Origin: a virus
Lineage: Duplodnaviria; Caudoviricetes
Virus record (IMG/VR): IMGVR_UViG_3300027956_000022
Span: 1-39,037 of that record
Reading direction: 5' to 3' (one strand)
DNA: 39,037 nucleotides
Made by a program: the position numbers and the translations under genes. A model generated the notes under the pieces. It searched no databases. It was not told the origin of the DNA and was given only the letters and a program-made list of their open reading frames with translations. Every line of letters starts with the position of its first letter. Within the stretch, counting starts at the first letter, position 1. This document shows positions 15,279-24,372 of this stretch, piece by piece.

Positions 15279-17246
15279 CTAGGAAAGGGCGTTAAGTCGG
15301 CAGGTCCCAACCCCAACAATGGCTCCAGACGCAAACGCACTTACAAACCCGGCCCGGCTTTTCTGGGAATCCGTTGCGCTGATCGTCTGCGCGTTGTCCA
15401 CCCGGGTTACCGTGATTGTCGTGGATGTCACATCGACGCGGAGTTCAACGGTGCTCCCCGTGGTTATCGCGTTCCATGTCGTGGTTGCGATCTGCGTACC
15501 AGAGCCGGCGTTTACGCGCTCCAGAGAGACGGTGCCGTTTTGGCGGTAAAAGAAGTTGTAGCCGTTTCCGCTAGTGGCCGTGCCGTAGATCGATGTTCCC
15601 GCGTCGTTGTCCCCAGGCCTGCCGATGCGGATCCCGATGTAGCGTGACGCATCACTTGACGCGGCAACGCACTTGAGGTTCATCGTTAGCGACCAAGGAG
15701 CCTCGGGGGTGCGGATACCGGGATAGACTACAGCAGACGCGCTGCCGTCTGCCGCGATGTCGAATGTGGCCCATCCACTGAGAACCTTGAACGTCCCGCC
15801 CGCTCCAGCCCTCCTGCCGCGCCAACCGGACCCCACCGTTCCATACGTGGCCGAAACCCCGGTATCGATTGTCCCGAATGATCCCGCAACCGGAACGGCT
15901 AGCGCAAACCCCAGGGGAGTGCCTTCGTCACGCCAAAGCATCTGTGTCATGTAGGCTGGGTCATCAGTCAGGATCCCGTCGACACCCAGAGCAATCCACT
16001 CATCAGCTTTTTGAACGTCGTTCACAAAGAACAGGAACACCTTAAGCCCGGCTGCCTTGGCGTCCGTCACCCATTCGGCAGTGGCCTCTCGCCAACTCGT
16101 GGCGATCCCCCATGCGTGATGCGCCGTCGCCGTAGCAACAACGGCAGTCGTCAGGTCGTTACCAACCAGAACCGTGCGAATACGGGGATCGGTCGCGTAC
16201 ACCTCGTCTAGAACCGTGGTGCTAAAACTTTGGATTACAACGGTGCGATACATCCCGGCCCGACTGATGCGCTCCAGCGTTTCCAGCCTGACGGCGCCGG
16301 GAGTGTCATCCTCCAACTGCGGAAACGTAAGGTGCTTCCCACCGTAGCGGCTAAGGAACTCGTGTAGCGTCGGGATCTCCAGCCACCGATAAGGCGTCAG
16401 TGTGGCCCACGGTTCATGGGCCGCCGCGTTCATTCGGCGCAGGTCGTCGAACCTGACTTCCGCGACCGTCGCAGTAACCCCCGTGGTCCGCGTCGTGGTT
16501 AGGTCGTGCATCCCGATGACGATGCCGTCAGCAGACGCGCGACCGTCGATCTCGAAGGCGGCGCCCGTGGCGGCTGCCTGCTCGAACGCCTCCCATGTGT
16601 TCTCGGGGGCGTACAGATCCAACATTCCGCGATGGGCGACGATATATGGCGTCTGGTCCCAATCGGGAAAATCGAACGGCTCCAGCCAGTCCGACAAACT
16701 GCGCGCCGTCGTGCGCCCCGTCGCCGTGACCGTCGCCGCTCCCAGCGACGCCGCTCCGGTGCCTCCCTGCGCTTCGGGGAGTGGGGCAGCGAGGTGCGTT
16801 GCGGTGACGGTCGGAGCGTCCGCCGTGCCTCCGAGGTCGTTCGTCAGGCGGATGCCGCCGCGCGTTGTGGACGTCGCGGCCGGGAGCCCCAGCGCCACCC
16901 CGGGAACCACGGACAGGCGCGGCACGTCCCCGATCGCCACCGTCGCGGGCGAGCTCGCGAGCTGCCACTTCTCAGGGGTTCGAGAGTGATACCGCTGCCC
17001 GTCTGCCGTAGCACCGTCGATCACCACATTCCAGTAGGTTCCCGCCGGAGTCAGCGCGTCATTGGCTGCAAGCGACAGCGACGAAACGGTGCCGTTAGCG
17101 ATGAGGCCAACGACTTTGCCAACCACCCGCGACCCGTCTGGCGCGCTAGCGGGCTGCGACAACTCCGCCACAATGGTGCCGGCGGTGAGGCCGACACCGT
17201 CGCCGGAAACCGCGCTACCGTTGACCTCGATCACCGTCACGGCCAT
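15279..17246 (-). CDS. tail fibre / receptor-binding protein with glycerophosphodiester phosphodiesterase (GDPD) domain
   Basis: Fibre motifs (GIRLTNDLGGTA, LPEAQGGTGA, TARSLSD); GDPD motifs AHRG, PENT, EID, MHD, GVDGILTD; C-terminal beta-sandwich. Confidence 0.8.
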   Translation of the reverse strand: MAVTVIEVNGSAVSGDGVGLTAGTIVAELSQPASAPDGSRVVGKVVGLIANGTVSSLSLAANDALTPAGTYWNVVIDGATADGQRYHSRTPEKWQLASSPATVAIGDVPRLSVVPGVALGLPAATSTTRGGIRLTNDLGGTADAPTVTATHLAAPLPEAQGGTGAASLGAATVTATGRTTARSLSDWLEPFDFPDWDQTPYIVAHRGMLDLYAPENTWEAFEQAAATGAAFEIDGRASADGIVIGMHDLTTTRTTGVTATVAEVRFDDLRRMNAAAHEPWATLTPYRWLEIPTLHEFLSRYGGKHLTFPQLEDDTPGAVRLETLERISRAGMYRTVVIQSFSTTVLDEVYATDPRIRTVLVGNDLTTAVVATATAHHAWGIATSWREATAEWVTDAKAAGLKVFLFFVNDVQKADEWIALGVDGILTDDPAYMTQMLWRDEGTPLGFALAVPVAGSFGTIDTGVSATYGTVGSGWRGRRAGAGGTFKVLSGWATFDIAADGSASAVVYPGIRTPEAPWSLTMNLKCVAASSDASRYIGIRIGRPGDNDAGTSIYGTATSGNGYNFFYRQNGTVSLERVNAGSGTQIATTTWNAITTGSTVELRVDVTSTTITVTRVDNAQTISATDSQKSRAGFVSAFASGAIVGVGTCRLNALS

Positions 17247-17249
17247 TCG

Positions 17250-17594
17250 CTAACCTCTCCCCTCGTCCGCATCGCGCCGTGACCGGCGATTCCGTTCGTC
17301 TGCGGAGGCGGCAAGTTGCCCCTCCATCCGAGCTAGCCGCTCACGCATGTCCTCCACTTTTGCGTTAAGGTCGGCTTGCCATTGGCGCTCGTCCTCCTCG
17401 TGCCGCGCAAACCGCTCCGCGATGCCCGACTGTAGAGCCGTCAACGCACCCGTAACCTGGGCGAACTCGCTTTGCAGCCACCGATAGGCGCTGAGAACCT
17501 TAAGCACGATGCCCACGACAAGGCCCGCTGCCGCTACGAGTGAAACCGCCACAACGAGAACCGTCCGCGCGTCGTTTGGGGAAAGTGGACCCAT
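17250..17594 (-). CDS. single-TM coiled-coil membrane protein (lysis cassette)
   Basis: N-terminal TM followed by a coiled coil; GAGG SD. Confidence 0.6.
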   Translation of the reverse strand: MGPLSPNDARTVLVVAVSLVAAAGLVVGIVLKVLSAYRWLQSEFAQVTGALTALQSGIAERFARHEEDERQWQADLNAKVEDMRERLARMEGQLAASADERNRRSRRDADEGRG

Positions 17595-17603
17595 GCCTTC
17601 ACC

Positions 17604-18128
17604 TCACCACTCAAGCCGCAGCGCGGCGCCGAAGATGGGGGCCGGGTTCGATGACGGAGCCGCCGCGACCCGAGCCCCGAGCCAGAGACCACCGACAATG
17701 CGGCGATCAGCCTCCACCATGAACCGATAGCCGGAACGGCCGGGCTCCCATAGACCACCCACACCCAGAGCCCAACCAGGCCGCCCCGAGGTCGTGACGG
17801 TCTCCCGCTGCGTAGTTGCGTGCGAGGTCGTGGCCGTCGTCGCGGCCCCGCTCGCCCCGCTGGACCCGCTCGCCGTCGTGACCGTGTCTCGGGTCTCGAC
17901 CCGCTCCACCGGCTTGCCCTCGGCGTAGATGGTTCGGATGAGGACCCGGGTCTTGGTCTCGCGCTGCCACTGCGCCCGCGCCTCGGCAACGGCATGCGTG
18001 ATCGCGGACTCGTCGCGGATCGTCGTCACCTTCTCGCGCACATCGACCGGCGCAGAGAACCGGCCGGCGAGGAACGAGGCCACGAGGAACACCACGCAGC
18101 ACGCGCCGATGATCACCCGGCGCTTCAC
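17604..18128 (-). CDS. putative spanin-like protein
   Basis: Basic-hydrophobic N-terminus, helical/Thr-rich middle, amphipathic beta strands ending LRLEW. Confidence 0.55.
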   Translation of the reverse strand: MKRRVIIGACCVVFLVASFLAGRFSAPVDVREKVTTIRDESAITHAVAEARAQWQRETKTRVLIRTIYAEGKPVERVETRDTVTTASGSSGASGAATTATTSHATTQRETVTTSGRPGWALGVGGLWEPGRSGYRFMVEADRRIVGGLWLGARVAAAPSSNPAPIFGAALRLEW

Positions 18129-18562
18129 GGCGCCCCCGGGGGAGACCAGATCGACCGCTGCGGGAACAGGAAGAATGCGGAGACCGCACCGATCACAGCA
18201 ACGACCGGAGGCCACCGGAGCCAGAGCGTTACCGCCGGCCAGTAGGCGCGGTTGGGGTCGAAGATATCCGCGAGCAGGTACGCCGCGCCGATTGCCCACC
18301 ACACCACCGCCGCGACCGCGCCCGCTGTGTCACTCCAGGGGAGTCGCCTCCACGTCACGAAGAAGTGAACCGACAGGCCCGTGAGAAAGAACGCCAGAGA
18401 AGGGAGGCCGCGATAGGCGAGGCTCCGCGCCTCCTGCGAGATCAGCCGCACATCCCACCCCCGACGCTGGAGCCAGATCAGCGCTAGCTCCCACGCAGCC
18501 CAGAGGATGAAGGGACCCAGCACGACCCACCGGGTGATCAGGTTGATGCCTCGCTCCGTCAT
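18125..18562 (-). CDS. multi-pass membrane protein (holin/antiholin candidate)
   Basis: About four hydrophobic segments from MTERGINL; ATGA overlap. Confidence 0.6.
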   Translation of the reverse strand: MTERGINLITRWVVLGPFILWAAWELALIWLQRRGWDVRLISQEARSLAYRGLPSLAFFLTGLSVHFFVTWRRLPWSDTAGAVAAVVWWAIGAAYLLADIFDPNRAYWPAVTLWLRWPPVVAVIGAVSAFFLFPQRSIWSPPGAP

Positions 18563-18765
18563 GGCTGCTTGTCCTCCGGGGGCTTGCCAGCAAACTTCGC
18601 GCCCACGTTGCCAGCGATCACGAGCCCCGAGATACCCACGACCCCCGCGACATACGAGGCATAGAGGACGAGCCCCGCCGCAGGGAACGAGATCGACAGC
18701 CCCAAGCCGAGGAGGAGCATCGACAGGGCCACGAGGCCGAAGGCCGTCTTGCGGTGCCCTCTCAC
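18559..18765 (-). CDS. putative holin (2 TM)
   Basis: 68 aa, two TM helices, charged C-terminus, directly after the endolysin. Confidence 0.6.
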   Translation of the reverse strand: MRGHRKTAFGLVALSMLLLGLGLSISFPAAGLVLYASYVAGVVGISGLVIAGNVGAKFAGKPPEDKQP

Positions 18766-19259
18766 GCGCCCACCAGGGCCCGCGCCTTATGCGGGGTGTA
18801 CGGGTGGTACGTCTTGCCGTCCGAGGTCCACAGGGCCTGACGACGGGGCGGCCGATACGACGGGGAACAGGAGACGTGGATCCACGCGGACCCAACCGCC
18901 TCGAAGATCAATTGGTCGTAGGGGAGGTCACTGAGCCAGACAGCCTCAAAGGCGTCGGCGATCGGGATTCCCACCGGCACGATATCCGCAGCCTGACCCC
19001 GAGTGTGCTGCGAGGCGCGGATCGGATCCCCCGGCTTCGCGCCCTGCAACCCGCGCTGGACCACCTCCGAGCGGTAGCCCGAGTTGACCCGCACCGGGCA
19101 TCCCCACAACGCTCGGATCGGTTCGAGGAGGAAGCTACACAGGTGGAACAATTCCAGCCGGGCGCCGAACGGAGGATGGTTCGGAAGCAACTCGCCGTCC
19201 GGGCCGCGCTGGTCCGTGTGCGTCATCTCCTCCAACGAGAAATGCTCCGTCACCAACAC
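18762..19259 (-). CDS. endolysin, peptidase M15 family
   Basis: HFSLEE, SGYRS, SQHTRGQAADI and WIHVS motifs. Confidence 0.88.
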   Translation of the reverse strand: MLVTEHFSLEEMTHTDQRGPDGELLPNHPPFGARLELFHLCSFLLEPIRALWGCPVRVNSGYRSEVVQRGLQGAKPGDPIRASQHTRGQAADIVPVGIPIADAFEAVWLSDLPYDQLIFEAVGSAWIHVSCSPSYRPPRRQALWTSDGKTYHPYTPHKARALVGA

Positions 19260-19340
19260 GGGCGCCCCCTCGCGAAAATGGAGCCGGCGCCGTCGGGGCC
19301 ACTGTAGGGCGAGGTCGATCGAGCGGGGCTCACGGGATCC

Positions 19341-19368
19341 TGCATATCCGCCCCGCTGCCGTGGTCAA
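19341..19368 (-). promoter_or_regulatory. putative late promoter copy 2 (TTGACC-N16-TATGCA)
   Basis: Intergenic, upstream of the endolysin. Confidence 0.7.
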
Positions 19369-19377
19369 CCTCCGGGG

Positions 19378-20991
19378 CTAGTACCGGGTGCCCGCCGTGG
19401 CGTTCAGGGGGAGCTGCTCGATGCGGAGGCCGCTGATTCGAGTGCCGACCTTTGGGTTGGCTCCGCCGTCGTCAACGGTCCAAGAGGTATAGACCTGTTC
19501 AGCGGATGCACTAGTTACCCACGGAACGTGCTTCGCCATGCCAAACGGAAGCAACTGGTACGGCTGCGCCACGGTGTCAACCGCAACCCGCGTTGCCGTA
19601 GCGGCGAGCGCCTTGGTGCCAGATTCATCTGTCCACGAATAACACAGATCAACATCGGCATCGATTGCGTAGTTGTGGTACGCGGTGCTGAACAAGGGAG
19701 TGCCTACCGCGCCGTCGGCAAACGCAAACAACCTGGTTCCCTGAACTTCGATGTCGTTGTCGATGGGTGTTCTGGTCGGGGTTGTGTCCTCTTCATGTGG
19801 GGAGACCCACCTACAATCGCAGATCAGACAGCGGAGACCCCGCTTGCTCCACATCCACACCATGTTTGCTACCAACGACGAACGCTGCGCCGCGGTGATG
19901 TAGCTGCCACCGGACATATTCCCGTTGTCGTTTGGAGTAAACGACGCCGGAACAGACTCTGCCCCGGGCAACGACAACGAGGAGCCGGTTTCCCATAGGG
20001 TCACGGAGGCAACCCACATGGCGTCGGCCGTAGAAGCTCGTTCAACCGTTACTTCAACGGCAGTCGTGGCGTCGAACGGAGTTATAGAGATTGTTGCCGT
20101 GTACCACGCAAACGTCGTGGCGGTTACGGATATGGTGGCAGCCGTAACGCCGTCGATTTTGATCAAGAGAGAATAGGTCCCGGCCCCAGAGTTTCCGGCC
20201 AATACTGCGACCTTCAAGGCCGAAACCCGAGCCCCGATTAGGACTTTGTAGATCCCCAGGTTAACCCCAGCGTCGTTGCGCGCGAACAAGCCCAGGTGCG
20301 AGGCGACACACTGGGGCGCTCCGCGTGAGGCAACGAACAAGTTAGCGTGTTGTGCCAGCCACCGCGCTAGATATCTAGAGTCGGGGCGATCCGCAGCGGC
20401 CCAGGCTTGACTGACCGCTCCCCACGCGGCAGGCGCCCACAGGGAGGTTGGAACCCAATACGAACACACCGACTCCACGGCGTACGCGTCCCCGGAACTG
20501 GTTGTTGCCCACAATTCCCACACGTCCAGTGGATCCGTTGGCGTGTCCACTGACACCCACCCTGCATAAAACCCCAGCGCCGCGTAGGTAACGGTAACGC
20601 TACTCGTAGCTAGCGTGCGGGTGTTCTTGAGCGTCAGTGTCGCGGACGTGGTGGCGCCGAGCGTCAGATAAAACCACCATCTCACCGAGGCCGAGGCGCC
20701 GCGGTGAGATGGGATGGAATAAACGCCGATACGATCCGACGTTCTTGTTAGGTACGGAAGTACCGGCGCCGTTTGGGCCGCGTTGTGATAGTCGTTGGTC
20801 CACGCGTTGAGGGCCCGCGCAACGTTGCCCATGAAAATCTTAGTATCCCACGGCGAGGCGGGGAGGTCGGAGTTGTAGGTGTAGTTTTCCCAGTCCATCA
20901 ACGCGCGCCATGAGGTCGCCATTTCTGGAGTACCGGGACCAAACTCGTCGCTGGAAAACGTCCGCCGCGTCTCGGGGTAGGTGACGGTCAT
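19378..20991 (-). CDS. tail tip / minor tail protein
   Basis: Position after the hub gene; Thr/Ala/Trp-rich beta character; visibly lower GC. Confidence 0.6.
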   Translation of the reverse strand: MTVTYPETRRTFSSDEFGPGTPEMATSWRALMDWENYTYNSDLPASPWDTKIFMGNVARALNAWTNDYHNAAQTAPVLPYLTRTSDRIGVYSIPSHRGASASVRWWFYLTLGATTSATLTLKNTRTLATSSVTVTYAALGFYAGWVSVDTPTDPLDVWELWATTSSGDAYAVESVCSYWVPTSLWAPAAWGAVSQAWAAADRPDSRYLARWLAQHANLFVASRGAPQCVASHLGLFARNDAGVNLGIYKVLIGARVSALKVAVLAGNSGAGTYSLLIKIDGVTAATISVTATTFAWYTATISITPFDATTAVEVTVERASTADAMWVASVTLWETGSSLSLPGAESVPASFTPNDNGNMSGGSYITAAQRSSLVANMVWMWSKRGLRCLICDCRWVSPHEEDTTPTRTPIDNDIEVQGTRLFAFADGAVGTPLFSTAYHNYAIDADVDLCYSWTDESGTKALAATATRVAVDTVAQPYQLLPFGMAKHVPWVTSASAEQVYTSWTVDDGGANPKVGTRISGLRIEQLPLNATAGTRY

Positions 20992-20994
20992 GGG

Positions 20995-23283
20995 CTAGAT
21001 CGCGTGCCTGTGGGGGGGATCATTGGCAGTCCCGAGGGCCGGGGTCGCGTCGGCGAGGTAGCCCCACCGTGCGCGCTGCGCCGCCGTGGCGGAGTCGTAG
21101 GAGGCTGGCATCACCACGTCGCCGGCCGTGGTCCCGGCGGGGACCGCCGCCATCGCCAGATCCAGCGTCGTCCCGCCGTCGGTGACTCCGGTCAGCGTCG
21201 CGGTGCCGCGGCTGGTCAGGAGGGTGGACGTCCACACTTCGATCACGTCCCCGGTCGAGAACAGCTCCGCCGCGAACAGGGCGCCGTCCGTGTCGGTGAT
21301 CCGAATGACCCCCGCCGCAGTCGAGGCGACCGGCTCCCCGGGGGCGATGAGGCGCGTTTCCGTCGCCGGGGTCCGCATGACTGTGAACGCCACCACTCCC
21401 CGAGCGTCGTCGACCTGCTTTGCCAGCACCTCACAGAGAACAGTAGTGAGTCCCGCCCCGCCAGAGTCGGGATTGGGCACGTTCTCCACAGTCAGGTAGA
21501 TCAGATCCCCGACGTTCACGGACAGGTAGGCATACGAACACTCGATACCCATCTTCGGGTAGGGTCGAGCGTAGCGATCCCTGAGTGTCTCAAAGTAGCG
21601 GAGGCTGGAGTTCTTAGCGTCCGTCTGTAGCGCCGCTCCGAAGAATCCGACGGCGCCGGGGTCGTTCCCGGTGTATTGTCCCCGCGCCTCTACCTCGACG
21701 GTCAGATACTGCCCGGCATAGAACTCCTGGGCTTCCGTCCCCTGCCCCTGCATCTCGCCGTAGAAGGTCTGTCGGAAGTCGTCGGCGATGGCGTCGTAAT
21801 CGCAGCGCCAAATCATCTTGCCGATCACGTCGGCGATGTTGGCGTTCCACTCCGGGGCGGCGGTAAGAGCGTCAGCCCCAACGACCTCGACGGTGTCTCC
21901 GGGGATCGGGGGGTTCAGCCTACGCACGGTGAGGCTGTCACCGAGCAGGGACACAGGGAAACAGAGGTGGGGGCGGAGGATCTTCGCAATCTCATCCGAG
22001 AGGCGGAACGGTTCCGTGTAGAGCCAGAGGTGACGAACGCCCGGCAGCCACTTGTCGCGGAGCGCCTCGATCCCGGCGATGTCGATCCGGGCCTGATCGA
22101 TCCCGGCCCCCCACCCGCTAGGCAGGGTGTCATAGGTCCCGTTGGCGCCGTCGCCCTCCCGTGAGGTGAGGAGCGCAAGGAGAATCTCTAGCGGGTGGTC
22201 CCCGGCGGTGAACTTGGAAAACCGATACTCAGCCGTCCCGGCCGCATCATAGGCCCCAGTCCAGAACGCCTCGGCGAGCTCCGCGCCTGGTTGATGCTGC
22301 TCCGCCGTCGTCGTGAACAGGCCGCGCCCGTCGACGTCGATATAGGACCCGACCGCGTCCGATGCGACCGTGCCGCAGAAAAACTCATCTTCCACCTTGA
22401 CGATCAGCGTCTGGCCGTTTGTCCAGTCTCCCGAAATGGACTCGGCAACGATTCTAAGCTTTGTAGTCTCGGGGTCGGGCTCAAGAACGCTGGCGGCCTC
22501 GTACGTCCCGGCCCCGTCCTTCATTCCAGCATACAGCTTCGCGCGACGCTGGCCAGCAAAGACGGTGGCCCGCAGGTCCGAATCCACCGACTCCATGGAT
22601 AGGACGAGGGCCGTTCCGCGAAGCGTGGTCTTGGCTCCCCGGATCGTGCCGGCCCACCGGATCACCTTGTTCGCATCGGTGCCGTCGAGGGTCGTGATGA
22701 GCGCAGCCGTGCGCGTGGCGATGAACCGGGGGTAAGGAGTGATCAGATCCCCGGTCGTGTGCAGGTATGTGGCACTCCGCCCGGGGAGCGCATACATCCC
22801 GCGCGTCACGCCGGAGAAGGTCCCGGCTGCGTAGCTCGTATAGGTGAACGTCTCGCGTCCGCAGTAGAACGTGCCCCCGCCCGCCGGAAACTGCGCGGCA
22901 TCCGGGGTGCCCGTGTACGCGAGGGTGGTGATCGCGCCGGTCGCTGCAACATCCTCGTTGAGCACCAACCGATAGTCGGTGCGCGCAGTCCCGGCCACGA
23001 GGCGGAGCACCTCGCCCGCCGCGTCGAACACGAGGGTCGCCTCATAGGCCCCCACCGTGCTGGTCCCGTCTAGTGGCCGAGCCTCCTGGTCCACGCCGGA
23101 AGGCGGCCCGAGGAGAACCGGCTTGACGCCGAGCCTTTCCTCGTCCGTGTCCCGCGCCGCAAACCAAGACGCCGCGCGTTCCGTCAGGCCGAACGCCCAC
23201 GGGATCCCCTCGATCTCAACCCAGAGATCGACGGCCACCCCAGGTTGGGCGATGCTCGTTAGGAACGCGGCCGGGATGGTCAT
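20995..23283 (-). CDS. tail tip hub-like protein
   Basis: 762 aa, second gene after the tape measure; SVNVGDLIYLT C-terminal hub-type motif. Confidence 0.6.
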   Translation of the reverse strand: MTIPAAFLTSIAQPGVAVDLWVEIEGIPWAFGLTERAASWFAARDTDEERLGVKPVLLGPPSGVDQEARPLDGTSTVGAYEATLVFDAAGEVLRLVAGTARTDYRLVLNEDVAATGAITTLAYTGTPDAAQFPAGGGTFYCGRETFTYTSYAAGTFSGVTRGMYALPGRSATYLHTTGDLITPYPRFIATRTAALITTLDGTDANKVIRWAGTIRGAKTTLRGTALVLSMESVDSDLRATVFAGQRRAKLYAGMKDGAGTYEAASVLEPDPETTKLRIVAESISGDWTNGQTLIVKVEDEFFCGTVASDAVGSYIDVDGRGLFTTTAEQHQPGAELAEAFWTGAYDAAGTAEYRFSKFTAGDHPLEILLALLTSREGDGANGTYDTLPSGWGAGIDQARIDIAGIEALRDKWLPGVRHLWLYTEPFRLSDEIAKILRPHLCFPVSLLGDSLTVRRLNPPIPGDTVEVVGADALTAAPEWNANIADVIGKMIWRCDYDAIADDFRQTFYGEMQGQGTEAQEFYAGQYLTVEVEARGQYTGNDPGAVGFFGAALQTDAKNSSLRYFETLRDRYARPYPKMGIECSYAYLSVNVGDLIYLTVENVPNPDSGGAGLTTVLCEVLAKQVDDARGVVAFTVMRTPATETRLIAPGEPVASTAAGVIRITDTDGALFAAELFSTGDVIEVWTSTLLTSRGTATLTGVTDGGTTLDLAMAAVPAGTTAGDVVMPASYDSATAAQRARWGYLADATPALGTANDPPHRHAI

Positions 23284-23286
23284 GGA

Positions 23287-24369
23287 CTAGACGAACTTCC
23301 GCATGGAGAGGGTGTAGGCGTAGAGTTGCATCTTGTCGTCGCGGCCCGGAGAGAACCGCTTGAGCGCCTCCCCGTCCAGCGCGACATCGATATAGGTGCC
23401 CTCGACCGTCGCGTCGGGCCAGTAGCGGAAGCGGGCGTAACCGTCCCGCCAGAGCCGCTCTAGCGCCTCATTCGTGTGCGTCCCCTCGCGGGCGATCTTG
23501 GTCTTCCACTCGGGGAGCCACGCGAAGTCAACGCGCCGCGTCTCCTGCGGCGAGCCGTAGACGACGGACTTGATCGCGCCGGAAAGCGCCACGGTCCCTG
23601 CCGCGACGCGCTCGTACTCCTCTCGGGAGTCGAATACGCACGGGCGCTCGGGATACCAGCCGCTTTGATGCTGGAGGGTCCCGGTGTGCGTCGTACCGCT
23701 AGCGGTGTCGACGGCGCCGAAGCCGAGGATGTCGCGGGCCGAGGTGGCTGCGTGGGTGCCGGTGGAGAACAGGATCGAGAACGGCGCGCCGGCTCCGATT
23801 CCGATCGTTACCCGGCCCGCGCTACTAACCGAAACGGCCCACGCGGCCGTGCCGGGAGTCGAAGGCAGAGTGTCGGCCGTAAGGGTTTGAGCGGCGCTGG
23901 GCTCGACGGTCCACCCAGCAACTGGCCACGCCGAGTTAGGATCCGTCAGGTAGGTGGGCTTCCATGTCGAGGCCGGCAACAGAGACTGAATCCTGATCTT
24001 ACCGCCAGTGCCGATCGTGCCAGCGTAATAAGCGAGGCCCCCGCTGGCCAATTCCATCTTGTAGGCCAACTCCTGCGCCAGTCCGAGGACAGTATAAGAC
24101 CCAGGGGTGATGATGGTGGCGGTAGGTGTTCCGTTCTCCAACCACTCTATGGCTGTCTTGTCTGCCGGAACCGTCACGACCGGAGTGGGCGTATACGCAG
24201 CAACCAGTTTGGCAAGCAGGTCCGTGGCGAGGGCCGCCGCCGAGTAGTAGACGCCCGCCGTGAGCCGCGGTGCGTAGGTCGTGCCCTCAATGGTCAGGTC
24301 CACGTAATCGTTGACCCCGGCGGTGACGGTCAACGGCCAGAACGCCTTGGGGGGTCGAGAGAGTGCCAT
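23287..24369 (-). CDS. distal tail-like protein with inserted domains
   Basis: Directly after the tape measure; duplicated internal motif. Confidence 0.55.
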   Translation of the reverse strand: MALSRPPKAFWPLTVTAGVNDYVDLTIEGTTYAPRLTAGVYYSAAALATDLLAKLVAAYTPTPVVTVPADKTAIEWLENGTPTATIITPGSYTVLGLAQELAYKMELASGGLAYYAGTIGTGGKIRIQSLLPASTWKPTYLTDPNSAWPVAGWTVEPSAAQTLTADTLPSTPGTAAWAVSVSSAGRVTIGIGAGAPFSILFSTGTHAATSARDILGFGAVDTASGTTHTGTLQHQSGWYPERPCVFDSREEYERVAAGTVALSGAIKSVVYGSPQETRRVDFAWLPEWKTKIAREGTHTNEALERLWRDGYARFRYWPDATVEGTYIDVALDGEALKRFSPGRDDKMQLYAYTLSMRKFV

Positions 24370-24372
24370 CGC

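Noticed and set aside
19272-19280. CGCGAAAAT matching the start of the terminal repeat
   Set aside because: A single 9-bp match that could be chance
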